DNA of 64,000 bases from Lama glama (Eukaryota), in contig CM052849.1 in NCBI GenBank assembly GCA_028534125.1, positions 15,004,001 through 15,068,000 on the forward strand, in the 5' to 3' direction. This document shows, piece by piece, positions 25,094-39,600 of this stretch (positions within the stretch are counted from its first letter, which is position 1; every line of letters begins with the position of its first letter). A program made the position numbers and the translations under genes. The notes beneath the pieces were generated by a model. The model saw only the letters and a list, made by a program, of their open reading frames with translations, ran no database searches and was not told the DNA's origin.

Positions 25094-27074
25094 CATCAGA
25101 TATCCTAAATTCATTTTAGGGCTTTCAGTGGACTTGTCACTCCATATTTTCAGAATCTATTTTTCTTGTTCTTTTTTTCCCCTGATTTTTGGTAAGGGTG
25201 GGGTGGTTTTTTTGTCCTTTATTGTTTTATTTTGTTTTGTTTCTGAAACATGGCCCACTCATTAATGTTACTCTCTCTGCTGGCATTGTGCTAAATTACT
25301 TGGTTATGTCTTTATTCCTTTTTTAACAGTTGCCTTACTTTGGGCCAGAAATATTATTCATTGGGTAACTTCATATCCATATGACAGTGTTCATTGTGGG
25401 AACTGGTCAGTTCATTGTGATCTCCAGATTGGGCATGATCAGGGTCAAACTTTGTTTCGTTATGTACTATTTTAAGTTCATGTGAACTGATCCTAGGAGT
25501 TCAAAGCTCTGCCAGCTTCAGCAACATTTGGTGACTCTGTCACAGATGTTAAAATAGATCTTACAAGATGCAGTTCCTCCAAAGCATATTTTTACAAGAA
25601 TTTAAAAATAAACCCAGGAGTCTAGAAATGATTTGCTCTTAACAGGAAGGTGAGTTCAAATTTGAGAAAACTTGAAAGTTGAGGGAAAGAACAAATCTGC
25701 TTTGATAGCCAGAGAACTATGCCAGTTGTGGATTTGTTCTTAAAGAAACTGCAGCAAACCAAGCTTTTGGTTTCAGATTAAATTCTTGATCCTGAAACTG
25801 TAGCTTCCCTAGCCTCTCAGCTGCTTTTATCAGGCTAACTCCTGTCTGCTGCGTGCCTGTTTCACGAGAGCCCAGGAATGCAGTTGAAGAACTCCATCAC
25901 CACAGTGAGTGCTTGGACACAGGGTGGTTAGAATTGTTCCCCAGTTGGCCTATGAGGCTTTATGGGCTGCCATCACTCAAGCTACAGTTTGGAGATTTGG
26001 ATCGGAGTGACTGGTTATGCCCTCTTAGTGCTTCTTGCAGCCTTCAGCTGAGCTTCCTTTACTGGTGAGGACCCTGAGTTAGTGAGGTGCATTCTTAACA
26101 TTTCCTTCTGAAGTTCCAGTGGGGCTTTAGCAGGAAAATAAAGCTATGCAATAGGTAATTGCAAAGAACCATATTCTGAATCCAATATACTACCCTTAGG
26201 AGTTAGGTAATTTCTGGTTAAGTAACCATAGTGTGTAGTAGAATGTGCACAAGAGTTATAAATGATGCTAGGGTGGAGGAGTATGCCGAGAAAATCTGCC
26301 AGGGAGTGTGTGGGTTTGCGGTTTAAGCTGTTTTTCTGTTTTGATGAGTGCTTTGTACCAAAAAGTACTTCCTCTGTTCCCCTTGACTTCCTGGCATGAA
26401 GAGTTGAGTTGACTCTTCTTCAAGTGTTGCCATGGAGCATCTTCCTGTAGGTATGAAAAGAGGCAGGAGCTGTTGGTCTCAGTATATTTGGTCCATCTAG
26501 TTCAAGGAAGCCATCAACAAATGTCTTTTGAGATAATTTCTATGTTTCAAATGTGTAAGTCTGCCTTTCTCCCTAGGTTGTTCCCTAGGTCCTTTAGTTG
26601 TGAGACCTGGACATTCACTTTAGACTGTAGGACCCCTCCCCCAGCCCCGCCACCTTAAAGGTAGGACTAAAGGGGACTGAACACAGCTGGAAATTAACAG
26701 CTTGTTAAGAGGCAGTGAAACCTTGGGTTTTGTTGGAAACCTCAACTTTGGTGGTTTCAGTTAATGAGAAGCGTCATCTTTGTTCCTCTAACACTCAGCT
26801 AGGCTGCCTCCATGCTATGGTTTACTTATGCGTATTTCCTTCACTTAATGAAGGTGCCTTTGCAGTGCAGGCTTTTTCCACATCCATCAAGTGCTCTGGG
26901 GAAGAGTACTTCTTAGTTATTCCGTCAACATACCCTCCAGTCTGATCTCACTGTCAGTTTTCCCCTGGCCTGCCCTTTGAAACTTTGAAGGTTTGCAATT
27001 TGGAAGTCTTGTCAGAGTGGAAGCATGACTGGGAATGGTAATGTGGTTGAACTTTCTGTGTTACATTTTTTCAG

Positions 27075-27138
27075 GTCTCATCGAATGTTACTTAGCCTCC
27101 AACAGCATTCGTGAAGCAATGGTAATGGCTAACAATGT
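27075..27138 (+). CDS. ANAPC7: ANAPC7 exon 9, visible 5' part (rest in N gap 27139-27318)
   Basis: ttttttcag|GLIECYLASNSIREAMVMANN, then N. Confidence 0.93.
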
Positions 27139-27962
27139 NNNNNNNNNNNNNNNNNNNNNNNNNNNNNNNNNNNNNNNNNNNNNNNNNNNNNNNNNNNNNN
27201 NNNNNNNNNNNNNNNNNNNNNNNNNNNNNNNNNNNNNNNNNNNNNNNNNNNNNNNNNNNNNNNNNNNNNNNNNNNNNNNNNNNNNNNNNNNNNNNNNNNN
27301 NNNNNNNNNNNNNNNNNNTTCCGAGTTTGTCATCGTTAATTGTGTAAAACCTAATCTCAGTTAAATTACTCAGTTCCAGCTGGTTACAGATGACCAGACA
27401 GGTGTGTGCTTTTGCAGCAGGTCTGAGCCCATGTGATTTGGTTTATATTTAGCACAACCAGATGTAGTTGACTTAGACCTGCATGGATTGGCAGTGACTG
27501 AGTTATGTGGAGTGGCTCAAACCAGCTATACTTGGTTACTACCTATTCAGCTCACTTTGTCCTGAACTAGTTTGGGCTGAATATAACTGATTTTAGCCAA
27601 TTTGCATTGTTTTGACCCATATAGATTCTCCTATGACTTCCCTTTTAGCTTGGTTTTTTTAAGTCCTGTTTTATGATGAACTGAATTTGGGCCGCTTTGG
27701 CAAATAAAATGCACTTTGGCTTTTCATTTGAACTTAGGTTAAGAGTATATTTTTAAAAATCAGAACTCCAACTACAGATTTCCTAATGGAATAGAAATTC
27801 AGTGAGCTTGTTCTCACTTCCTGCCACACCGCTGTTCTCTTAACATCTATAAGTAGATGTTGGATTATGATCATTATTGTGGTTTTGTGTATATGACTTG
27901 ATATGGGAATATATTTTCAAAATGTTGTGTAAGTAGGAAAATGCGGGTCTTTTTCTTTTCAG

Positions 27963-28113
27963 GCAGAGAACAGAAATATGAAGATGGAATTGCTTTGCTG
28001 AGGAATGCTCTAGCTAATCAAAGTGACTGTGTCCTGCATCGGATCCTAGGAGATTTCCTTGTAGCTGTCAATGAGTATCAGGAAGCAATGGACCAGTATA
28101 GTATAGCACTAAG
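27963..28113 (+). CDS. ANAPC7: ANAPC7 exon 10
   Basis: REQKYEDGIALLRNALANQSDCVLHRILGDFLVAVNEYQEAMDQYSIAL|gtaggc; 151 nt. Confidence 0.96.
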
Positions 28114-28489
28114 GTAGGCACTTAGCCTCCCGTGGGGGGGAAGGTCAATGAGGGGTAGGAGGCAGGAGACAATGTAACAGGAGTTCTGGAAACACAAGCT
28201 TTGTGCCCACTGTTGAAAACAGAGTAATAGTAGTAATGGTAGAAGAGCTGTTTGTGAATTTATGACTTCTAAAAATTTTTTCTTAAGGTATCTTAACATT
28301 ATAGAACTCTCACTCAAACCAGCCACACCACTATAACATCTGTTTTCATTTGTGTAGATCATCTTCCTGGCCTTCCTGGTCAACACATATACATATTTTT
28401 ATAGGGTTAATATGTAGTATATATTTTATATTCTGCTTTTTCAAATCAAAATATTGTAAGTACTTTCCCATGTTTCTACCTACTGTAGT

Positions 28490-28680
28490 AGTTAAGAACT
28501 TAAGCTCTGAAGAATACTACCTTTACCACCTGTTATCTTGGGCAAGTTACTAACAAATTTCCTTGTCTATATCTATCTACCTTATTGGGTATTAAGTGAT
28601 TAAATAAGGATTAATTGATTATTCCATGTAAAGCTCTTAGCACTATGCCTGGTACATAGTAAATACTAAATAAATAGTGG
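28490..28680 (+). mobile_element. MIR SINE remnant
   Basis: tcttgggcaagttact...gtaaagctcttagcactatgcctggtacatagtaaatact. Confidence 0.55.
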
Positions 28681-29765
28681 TATTCTTACTGCTTAATACA
28701 GAAGTGATTTCTTTGAGGGTTGTCTGTGTGTCTATAAAGTTATGGGTGAGCCCTGTCTTTAATCGAGTCTGATCACATCCATTTATTTGTTCAGCAATTG
28801 AGCACCACTCATGTGCCTGGCATCTCAGTAACCACTGGGGATGCTGCGATTCCGGGAGCTCTCTGTCTCAGACTTGCAGACTGATTGATACCACGTGCTA
28901 AGTGCTTTCATAGCAGTCTCTAGAAGGCAAGGTGGGAGTGCAGAGGGTGGGGTGCCCTGGGTGTGGGTGAGAGCTGTATGGAAGGTTTCAGAGAAGAGGA
29001 GATGTTACAAAATCAACCTATAGTTATGTAAGTAGGAACAGGATTCCAGCATGGGTTTCATCTGCTTTTGGGGAAGCCCAGAAGCAAATGAGAAATAAAA
29101 TAGCAGACTTTCATTAGGGGCAAAATTTGCTAGAGATTGGACACTGGCTGGCCTAAGTGATGGTCACAACAGGCAAGAGGAGAGAATGTTTAGGAGCCGA
29201 GTAAATAAAATGTTCTGGAACACCTGAACTCTGAGGCTTTTTGGCACATGTAATGACTCTCAGCTGCTGAAGTTGAAGCCCCAGGTAGGGATAGCTTTGG
29301 GTCCTGGGGTCTAACCTAGGAGTTGACAAATCTGTTCCATGGTAGGCATGATGATTTTGGTTGACTAAAGTGTTGATATGTTTAATTGTATCATAAGAAC
29401 ATGGAACAATTTTACTCACAGAAAAATAAGTATTTTTTGTAACCTTGTAGCTTAAAAAACCCAATATTGTTAAGAAATTACACTTGAATTTTTCTGTTAA
29501 TGATTGCTTGCTACTTTTTCATTGTGTTATTTAGTATCTTCCTCTAGCAGAATGCTAGGGGTGAAAAGTGTGAAAAGGTTTGAGAAATATATGGAGAAAA
29601 CTCAAATTGAGAATTCTAAAACTTAGGACAAGACGCCTTTTTTCACTTCTAGTGGTGGATTCCCTCAGTCCTGCCTATGGAGCTGGAGTTGTTTGGAGAG
29701 GCCGGGCGTTAGCAGTTTCTCTGTGACTGGGTGGTCATTTCACTGCCATGCCAGGGAGATGACAC

Positions 29766-30025
29766 NNNNNNNNNNNNNNNNNNNNNNNNNNNNNNNNNNN
29801 NNNNNNNNNNNNNNNNNNNNNNNNNNNNNNNNNNNNNNNNNNNNNNNNNNNNNNNNNNNNNNNNNNNNNNNNNNNNNNNNNNNNNNNNNNNNNNNNNNNN
29901 NNNNNNNNNNNNNNNNNNNNNNNNNNNNNNNNNNNNNNNNNNNNNNNNNNNNNNNNNNNNNNNNNNNNNNNNNNNNNNNNNNNNNNNNNNNNNNNNNNNN
30001 NNNNNNNNNNNNNNNNNNNNNNNNN
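29766..30025 (+). CDS. ANAPC7: ANAPC7 last coding exon and stop, inferred to lie in this N gap
   Basis: The sequence right after the gap (agctccgtggccacactggcctgccctgctctgagcacttcc) resembles the start of the mammalian ANAPC7 3'UTR as I recall it. The acidic C-terminal exon is not seen elsewhere. Confidence 0.65.
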
Positions 30026-31225
30026 AGCTCCGTGGCCACACTGGCCTGCCCTGCTCTGAGCACTTCCATGGACTGAAGGAACCTGTAGGAGCCTGCTCTC
30101 TGGGAGGACCATGATTCAGCATGTGATTGCAGCAGGGGTCTCTGCCCCTTGCTCCGTATTACTAGTAGCGACTTCATTTTTAAAAACTGAGCCTGACCAA
30201 CCTTCCATATATCTCCATCCTCCCCTGCTCCAGCCAGGGAGGACCAAGTGAGCACTCTGAGAGGCCCGTGGACGTGTCGGAGCTTCTGGGGCAGAATGCT
30301 TTTTCTAGAACGAATTTCTAAATCTGAAAGCTCGAGGAATAGATAGCATTTTTGTCTGTGATGTTGTGGATGGGTTTAAGAGAGTGACCTGTTACCCAGA
30401 GCAAGAGTGTCATCTCCCAACAGCAGCACGGGCTGGCCCTTTCAGAGAGGCTTTCCTCTTCCAGAAATCATCATCCTGGGTTGTCCAAACTTTCCCAGTA
30501 ACCTGCTTCCTTCTGCAATGTTAGTAATGCCTTAAGCTGACAGTTGCTATTTTGCAGAACAATTTTCCTATTTGCTAATCTAGTAACTTGCCTATGAGCC
30601 TGGCCTGGATCTGAGAAATAAGTGTGACCTAGAGCATGAACAAAGGCGCACCTGGGGTAATTAACTAATAAAACTGTTTTTTGTACAGTAATGGTGTTGG
30701 GTTGATCAGAATGGAAGCCTTTATGGATTCTTTTTTTGGTCTCTTATTTACAGTGCGTTGATTGGGCCCTAGAATTATTTGCCATAAATAGACTTCCTTT
30801 CTTCCCAGAGTGCTGGGAGGCCTGGAGGACTCCCAAATGGGAACCTCAGGTGATAAGCTGTTTCATCCATTTGCATTTTCAATTAGTAAATTCCCCAGGG
30901 AGAGTCCTTGGCCAGATTTGAGACTGATTCTGCCCATCTCTGTCAGGGGTGCTAAAGTTGGTGTCTGGTTTTAGTATTCTATTATGGGGTCAGCAGGGGA
31001 GCTCATTCTCTGGCTTGGATACCGGGAGACTTTACCCAACCTCTCCTCCTTGTTTAAGACGCAGTACTTTTGATTATATAGTTAATTTGGAGGTGAAGGT
31101 GGTGGGAGTGGTACAGCTAACCCCAAATTCTCATTGAAACAAAATTAGTGAAAAGTGGTACAAAATGTGAATTTGACATAAATGGAAAGTTCTATCCTAA
31201 AATAAAAACAGAAGTGTGCAGTAGT
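30026..31225 (+). other. ANAPC7: ANAPC7 3'UTR with candidate poly(A) signals AATAAA at 30667-30672 and 31201-31206
   Basis: Both hexamers are seen directly. The UTR end is approximate. Confidence 0.65.
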
Positions 31226-33374
31226 TTAGGAGCTTAGAACATCAGATAACTACGATTTAAAATGGACAAAAAGTTACTGTTAATTCAGTATGAGAACCAA
31301 AGCCTGGGCAGCATCGTTTGGTGGAGCAGTTCCTAACGAGCCCAGCAGGCAGTGGGAGTCATGCCAGGGAAACCTGCGGCCCAGAGAAGACACTGCTCAT
31401 TGACTTTAGTGCTCACTGCAGGATGCAGCCTCATGTCCCTCCTCAGCTCACCTCTGAGCAGCCTTTTTCAGTCGGTGCTTTGGGAGAAAAGGTGGAACCT
31501 CCTCTTCTCTGGGAAGAAGCCCAGCCCCACCCTCCTTACCTTGTTTCTGCATGTCTGGCTCACCACCATGACCCCTGAGATTCCCTCGGGGTCAAGCTGT
31601 GCCTTGGAGCCCAAGCCTGTGTGTCGCCTTCCGTCAGCACCCTCATCCTCCCCTTTTATCTCTGCCAGGAACCCCTGGGTCAGTCTGGCCTGTCCATCCC
31701 AAACCCCTCCATCCCAGCAACACCCTGCACTGGATTCCTCAGGTCCCTTGCACCTGCAGCATTTCCACCTTGATAGTCTTGGAATGACAGCTGGGTTGAA
31801 AGAGGCAACTGAAACTATCTCTTTAGAGTACCTGACGTAGGACTGAAAACACTCTTGGTCCACTTGAAAGACCCTGCCACCATCACTTGCAGCTCATGAG
31901 GGTGGGGAGCTCCAGGAATTGGGGACAGAATCAGGCTTTCCAGCTCTGGCTGTCCCACTGAGCCCCCTGCCTGGAGACCAAGCAGCCTGATGAGGGATGG
32001 CCTTCCAGGTGTCTGCAGTCACCACAGGTACTTTATGCTGTCTGGAGTTTCACACAGCCAGTCTGGGAATGTTTTAACTGATTCCTGTCATTCCCCCACT
32101 CTCTTCCAGTGTTTGAATTATAGGTTTGGAGTCAGTGGGTTGGGTTCCAAAACTCAACTCACTTGTCAGAGCTGTGGGTCCCAGGGGCCAGGTAGTTAAG
32201 TCTCCAGTGTCTGGGCTCCCTCTTCTACCTCTGGGCTGAGCACTGAATAATCCTGTGAGTAGTTCGCCATGGTCCCCGTTGTGAACATCGTCATCCCCTG
32301 GGTAATGGTGATGCCAGACTCCATTCTTCCCTGGGGACTGGGAACTGATGATATCACTGAAGCCTTTTTGCTCTTTTCTCCTGGCGGTCCCTCTGCTGAT
32401 CAGGGAGGCAAGGTCCTAAGGAAGGATATTTCCTTCCCTCCAGCTTGGGCCTTCACATTCTGCTTCTGAACCCCTGCTGTGTGCCAGGGACCTGGCAGTT
32501 GTGGTCCCTACAGAGCTAATGTCAGGAGCTCTCCTTGCCAGCTTTACTTTGGAGGCCACACTCCTGTCTCTGAATTCTTTCTCAGAGAATGAGGTTAGCC
32601 TTTGCCCAAATCTGTAATTCTGAAACTTGAGTATGCTTCTCAGTGGTGCAGATTTCTAGGCTTGGTACCAAACCTTAATCCAAGTTCAGGGCTTGGGCCC
32701 AGGAGTCTGCATTTTTAATCCAACCTCAATTTACTATTCTGTGTAGCTGTTCCCTGGCCCAGATATTGAGAGACTTGGGAGAAGGGGGGTTGAGGGCCCC
32801 AGAAGCTACAGGCCTGACCCTGAAAGTGTCCCTGAGGGCCCCTACTCTGCAGTTGCCTGTGGGTGGGGGCAACTCCCATGACTAGGGCTCTGGAGCCTAT
32901 ACCCAGGCCTGCTTGAAGCTGTGGGCACTGCCTGCTGCTCAGCGACTGCATTCTCTCTCCTGATGACAGACAGGCCTGATTCAGCAAGCACCTCACCTCG
33001 GCCTCCGGGACAGCGACCACAGCCAGGCCCGCCAGGATTCCCTGGTGCTGGGAGGGCCCGTTGAGGTAAGTGCCTTACTAAGGTTTTCCATTTCCCTCGG
33101 GAACCTCCCTTTCCAGGAGCAGTGGAAGGAGGTACCAGCCATAGGCCACAAAGGGCAAGCTTCTATCATCTAGATGCTCTGACCTGCCTTGGCTACACCT
33201 GGACCTTCACCAGTCGGGGCCAGGGTGTGAGCAAGATGTTAGTTGCTAGCATCACAGAACAGGTTTATTTATCTCACCAACTACATGGTATCAGGAACAC
33301 CAGGAATAAGCCAGAAGCCCACAAGTCAGTCTCCTTAGCAGCCATTAAAAGAAAGTTTAGAAATAACTACCCTC

Positions 33375-33695
33375 ATGCATTGCTGGTGGGAATGTGAAAT
33401 AATACAACTGGTGTGGAACACAGTCTGGCAGTTCTTCAAAAATTTAAACATACACCCATATAATACAGCAGTTCCTCTTTTGGGTATATACCCAAAAGAA
33501 TTGAAGCAGGGTCTCTGAACAGATATTTGCACACCCATGTTCATTACAGCACTTTTCACAATGGAAATCACCCAACTGTCCATTGTTGGATGAGTAGATA
33601 AACAACGTAGTCTACATACAAAGGGAACTTAAAAAGGAAGGAAATCTTACCACATGATACAACGTGGATAAACCTTAAAGACATCATGCTAAGTA
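33375..33695 (+). mobile_element. L1 3' fragment
   Basis: cattgctggtgggaatgtgaaat...acacccatgttcattacagcact...catcatgctaagt. Confidence 0.75.
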
Positions 33696-36330
33696 AATTT
33701 TCTGATACTACGTTTAGAAAATTAGTCTTGAGCATTTACCTAATACGTATATGAAAGCTACCCTAAAGTAGTCATGCTGTACACACAGAAACCTGCTGGC
33801 GGTGTCTCTGTGATCTTGTTTATTTTAACAGTTCCACAGAATCCCATTCTATGGATGGAATGGATTTGGTACCCTTCTACTGTTGGTGGACCCCTGTTTC
33901 CAGCTTTGTATATAATTATTACAGTCTGCACTGTCATGAACATGTTTTGACATGATAGTCCAAAGACGTGCCGAAGTCAAGTTCCTTGTAGTGAAATTTC
34001 TGGATCTCAGAGTGTGTGCATTTAAGGCTTTGATGGATGCTGTCAGATTGCAATAGATGGGAGTGCTTGTTTCCTGGACCTTGAGTGTGATAAAAACTCC
34101 ATCATTTTGGTTTGCTTGTGCTATTTCCTGAGCATTCTTATGAACTGGCCACAAGGCCAGCCCTATGCCGTGTTATCTCATCTTAGCCTCACACTTCTGA
34201 GGCATGAGTGGAATTAGCCCCATTTCATAGGTGAGCAAACAGTCTCTGATGGACACATTGGCTGTTTTCATCTGTCCAGGATTTCTCACCCTAGAGCTTT
34301 AGTATGTTCCTAACTGTGATCTCTGCATAATTTTATAGTATGTTAAGGAGAAAATGAGCTCTAAGTACCCCTTGCTGTCCATCTCAGTTCTTGGCCTTGC
34401 TGGATTTAAAGGCTGCCAGACTATCTGGCAAGGCCAGCACCATCACGATGTAGCTTTTGGTGGCCACTTAAATCTTCCAGTGTCTGTCTCTTTATAAACA
34501 ACCCTAGCGTGACCTCCTTTGTGTGCACAGCTTTTTTCCTTCTTTGGGTAAATTTCCTGGAGGGGGATTTCAGAGTGGAAGGGTATAATGATGTTTTTTG
34601 GAGCTTTCAAGAGGGCTGACTAGCTGGTCCTGTCTCTGTAGGCCCTGGCCAGCCCTGTGGCTTCCCCATCCACAGTCGGTGTGCCCTAGCTGTCCCAGTC
34701 TACCATCCGTTGGCTTCATGTTTGGGGCAAAGTTGAAGCTTTCCAGTCTCTGGAATTCCCACCTCACTTCCCCTTGCTGTAGTTGGGAGCTTATGGTGGG
34801 CTCTGGTGAGGCCTGCTGAGGCCTCGATCTTTGATTTCTCAGGACTTTGGGTTTTGGGACCCCTTACCCCATAGGACCCCCTTTGCTGGCTCTGGGTTGG
34901 AGAGTGTTTCCTGGACCGAGGCCCCATCTCTACTTCAGGGCTGAGGGGGACTGTACTTGATGAGGTTTATTGTGTGTGTGTTGAGGGTGGGGGTTGATTG
35001 GTGGCTACTTGTGTCTTACTCTGAGTCCCCATACTTCTTTCAGTTCCTTCTCAGAGGAGTTCCATCCTCCCTATTAGGAGGGATGAACCTCTTGAAGGGA
35101 GGGCCTCTCCCTACTACCAAGCAGAAGCCTCAGGTCAGTGGCCTGTCACTGGCTGTGTGGCCCTGGGCAGCTCTCTTAGCCTCTCTGTGCCTCCATATTC
35201 TTTTAGAAGACAACTCAGAGTTGAGACCTCTCTCGGGGTTGTCAGCATTCAAGCCTTGGAGTGGGCTGTGTGGGAGAGGAGTGGCCTCCTAGGGTTAAAC
35301 CTTAGTCCTTTAGGGGTCAGCATCCCTGTGGACATAGCCTTGCCCTCTGGCCCATGGGCTGGGCCTGGGCCCTCTTTGGTGCTGGATCAACAGATTTGCC
35401 TGGAACCCTTCTCAGTGCCAGGTCTAGTCCTACATGGGCCGTGGCCCAGGGAAATTATTTTTAAAATTTTGGATCATCTTCCACTTAAGACCTTGGTCTA
35501 CTCTGCCCACCGGCCCATCTCCTTTGTCAGTCCCCTGGGGGCAGTGGAGATTTTTGTCCAGGAATTGAGTGGGAATGGTAGCAAGCAGGAATCCATCCTG
35601 AGAGAGGCCTCTGCCCTCCTGCCTGGGTGGTGCCTAGACTGAAGCCCCACCCTTGATGGGCTGAACAAGCTGATCCCCAAAGGCCCCCAAAGCCCGAGCT
35701 ACTCCCCAGTCCCATGCTGCTGCTTTGCTGGGCTTGATGTTGTTTGAGGGGAAGGGACAGAGATAACCTCTATGCACGGTCCCCACCTGGAGCGCCTCAA
35801 GCCAGCCATGTGTTGACCAGAAAGGCAGCTTCTGTCAGCTCAGGGGGGGCCGAGGGGAGCCACCTCAGAGGACAAGGCCATGTGGAGACCCCTAGGCTGA
35901 TCCAGGAGAACCATCTCTTGCAAAGAATAATTGTGCCCATGCACTATGGCCAGAGCCTGCCGAGCAGCCAGATAAGCTTTTTTTTTAAAAATAAAAATGT
36001 AAAATTTGTAAAATATAACATACATAAAGAAGTATATGAAAACACCACACGTGCTCTTTATCTAGGACAAGAACTGGAACGTTTCAGCAATCCCTGAAGA
36101 CCCCTGTGTGCTCACACCTGATTGCACCCCTTTCCCTTCCTCCTGGCCTCTACCCTCAGCCCTTGCCGGACGTAACCACTGTTCTGCATTTTGTGTTTAT
36201 ACTTTATTTTCTGACCTTGGAAGTTCTATGAACGTTGAGCAAACAGTTTATTTTTCTCATCTGTAATATTATTTCATTGTTTTATCATGTTTTTATCCTG
36301 AACATCACGTTTATTTGCTGTTCTTTAAAA

Positions 36331-36419
36331 TTTTTTTTTAGTGGAATTACTGGGAATTGAACCTGGGACTTCATGTATACTAAGCACGCACTCTGTCACT
36401 GAGCTATATCCCTCCCCCC
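36331..36419 (-). mobile_element. tRNA-derived SINE (Vic-1-like)
   Basis: gggaattgaacctggg...ctgagctatatccctccccc. Confidence 0.8.
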
Positions 36420-36526
36420 TCATGTGGTGTTCTTGAACTTTCTGTAAATAGAGTCATGTTGTCTATTTTTTTAATGATACCTCGCTTAACACTTTTCAAA
36501 TTGATCCATATTAATACTGTTTACTA

Positions 36527-36649
36527 GGGGAAAGGTATAGCTCAGTGGTAGAGAGAGTGTTTACCATGCATGAAGTCCTGGAGTCAATCCCCAGTACTTC
36601 CAGTAAAAATAAACACATTAATTACCCACCCCCCAAATTAAAAAAAAAT
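36527..36649 (+). mobile_element. tRNA-derived SINE (Vic-1-like)
   Basis: ggggaaaggtatagctcagtggtagag...tcaatccccagtac, A-rich tail. Confidence 0.8.
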
Positions 36650-36659
36650 ATTATTGCTT

Positions 36660-39600
36660 GTTCATTTTTTATTAATAGATATTTTTAGAGCAATTTTAGG
36701 TTTATAGAAAACTTGAGTAAATAGCACAGAGAACTTCCATATACCCTGCACACAGTTTCCCTGTTAACATCTTACATTAGCCTGGTACATTTATTACAAT
36801 TAATGAAGACTGATAAAACTTTTTTTGTTATTAACAAAAGTCCATAGTTTATTGAAATTTCCTTTAGTTTTTACCTAATATCCTAGTATTCTTTTCCAAG
36901 ATTCCATCCAGGACACCCCACTACATTTAGTTACATGTCTCCTTAGGCTCCTCTTGGCTGTGAAAGTTTCTCAGATTTTCCTTTTTTTGATGACCATCCT
37001 TGACAGTTTTAACGAGGACTAGTCAGGCATTTTGTAGGATACTGCATTTTCAGTGCTATATAATACTCCAACATGTGCATCTGTACACCCCCATCTTATT
37101 AATTCTGCCATTGATGGACATTTCAGTTGTTTCTAGTTTTTTTCCCAAGTGTTGCTGCTGTGTATGTTTTTGTGTGTGTCTTCTGTGGGGTTTTGTCCAG
37201 AGATGGAGTTGATGTGTGTAGGGTATGTGCATGTTCAGTTTTAACAGATTTCTGTCAAACTGTTTTCCAGAGAAGTTGTACAAATTTACGTGCACACCTG
37301 CAGTAGTTCTTTATTCCTCACTGGCATTTGGTATTATCAAACCTTAATCTTCTCCTGGCTGTGCCGTGACAGTGATTTTGATTTACATTTTTCTGTTTTT
37401 ATAATAAGACTGTCATTTCACATATTTAGGAGTTGTTTGTACTTCTGTGAAAAAAAACTTTTTTTGCCCATTTTTCTATTGGGTTGTTTATTTTTTTCTT
37501 ATTAATTCACAGAAGTTCTTTATGTATTCTAGATGTAATTCAGAATATGAGTTGCAAATGTCTTCTTCCAGTTAGTGGCTTGCCTTTTCATTCTGTTTAT
37601 AGTGTCTTTTGATTAACAGATGGTCTTAATTTTAATGTACTTGAATTTACTTATCTCTTTCTTTATGGTTGTATTTTCTAATTCTTAAGAAATCTTTCCC
37701 TATTTCAAGGTCAAAAATATATTCTATATGTATGGTGTGAGGCAACGAGCCAATGTTACTGATTTTTTTAAATTTATGTTTAAAATGTGTAACCACAGTT
37801 ATTGAAAAATTACCTGCTTTCCCACTGATCTGTGATTCCAACAGGGTTGCAAATCAGGTGTTCACAGACTGGCACCTCTGTTTCTGAGCTCTCTTGTTTC
37901 ACATCACTGGTCAGTTCTTCTATCCCGGCACGTGTCCCTTACAGTCTTAATTACTATAGCTTTATAAAAACGATTGACACTTGGAAGGGCAAGACCCCCC
38001 GATCTTATTTATTCTTAGCAGTTTTTTTGGCTATTCTTAGCTCTTTATACTTCCATTAAATTGTTAGTATCCTTTGGTTTAATACGGTTTCTTAAGGTAG
38101 ATTCACAGTTTTCAAAAGGACGTAAAGTGAGATTTCCCTGTTCTCATTTTTCTCCTATTTCCCTCCTCAGAAGCAACCATAGTTACTAGTTTCTTGTGTA
38201 TTTTTCCCAGAAATAGTTTGAAATTACGTAAGTCTGTGTATATACCAGCCCCCTTTTTGTAGTTGCATGATTCATCAGCAGAGTTTATTTAAAAAGTAAA
38301 CTCTCCACTTTCAGTGAAATCTTTTTTTTTAAATTTATGTATTTTTAAAAAATGGATGTACTATGGATTAAACCCAGGACCTTGTGCATGCTAAGCATGC
38401 ACTCTACCACTCAGCTATACCTTCCCCTGGAAATCTGTTTCTCAACAGGTCATGATGTATAAATATCAAAGAGATACAGATGTTAAACTTTATACACTTT
38501 TAGTCTTGAGTTAAAGCATTTTGAGTAGTTTCCAAACTTACAAAATATATTTTATAATTTCTACTAATTTTGATGACAGAGCAACCAATTTCAGCTTCTC
38601 TGTTGCTTCATAGCTGACTGCGGGACATGTTTGTCTTTTCCTGCTGCAGGAAGCAGGGATTGCTTTTCGAAATAGGAGCATCCTGGTCATGCTGAAGTCA
38701 CTCTTTCAGAAACAGAGCAACAGGAATAACATATTTAGTATCTTCTTCTAATGTAATTATTAATTACATTTGGGGTTGGCTCTATCATCTTCTATTATCC
38801 TTTCTGTGTTTTAAAATATCTTTTTAGGTTTCTTTCATTTTTTTCCCCTTCCGTTGAATTGTTAGTTTTATCTCTATTTCTGTCATTAGTGTTTGCCCTA
38901 GTAATAGCAACATACTTGTCACTGTATCTACATCTGAAACTTGCCAGTGTCTTTACCGTGTTCCTGGGTGACAGGCCTGCAGATCACTTAGACTGCGTAC
39001 CCCTGCCCGCATCTATAATTTCCCTTAGTGTGAGTCTGCTGGTGAAGAACTCTGTTTTTGTTTGTGTGTCTGAAAATACCTTCATTTTACCGTGATTCTC
39101 TAATTACTGTATATTTTCTCCAGATTTAGAATTCTAGGTTGCCAGTAATTTCAGCACATGAAGCTCTCATCCCACTGTTTTCTGGCCTCCACTGACTGTT
39201 GAGATGTCAGCAATGGGCTGATACNNNNNNNNNNNNNNNNNNNNNNNNNNNNNNNNNNNNNNNNNNNNNNNNNNNNNNNNNNNNNNNNNNNNNNNNNNNN
39301 NNNNNNNNNNNNNNNNNNNNNNNNNNNNNNNNNNNNNNNNNNNNNNNNNNNNNNNNNNNNNNNNGTCTAGGTCTGGATTTCTATTTATTTACACTTTGGG
39401 GGGTTTGTTGGAATTCTTGCATCTGTGGATTGCTGTCTTTTATCAGTTACAGAAAATTCTTAGCCATTCCCTCTTCCGATAATACTCCTCTCATTCTCTC
39501 ATCTTCTGAAACTTTGATAAAATGTATATGTGACGTTGTCAACTTTCTCAATTTGTTTTCCAGGTATTTTAACTCTTTTTCTGTATTTTCTAGCTTTTCT

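Noticed and set aside
15348-30025. Apparent loss of ANAPC7 exons 3 and 11, suggesting pseudogenisation
   Set aside because: N gaps of sufficient size sit at the expected positions, and all visible exons are intact with canonical splice sites.
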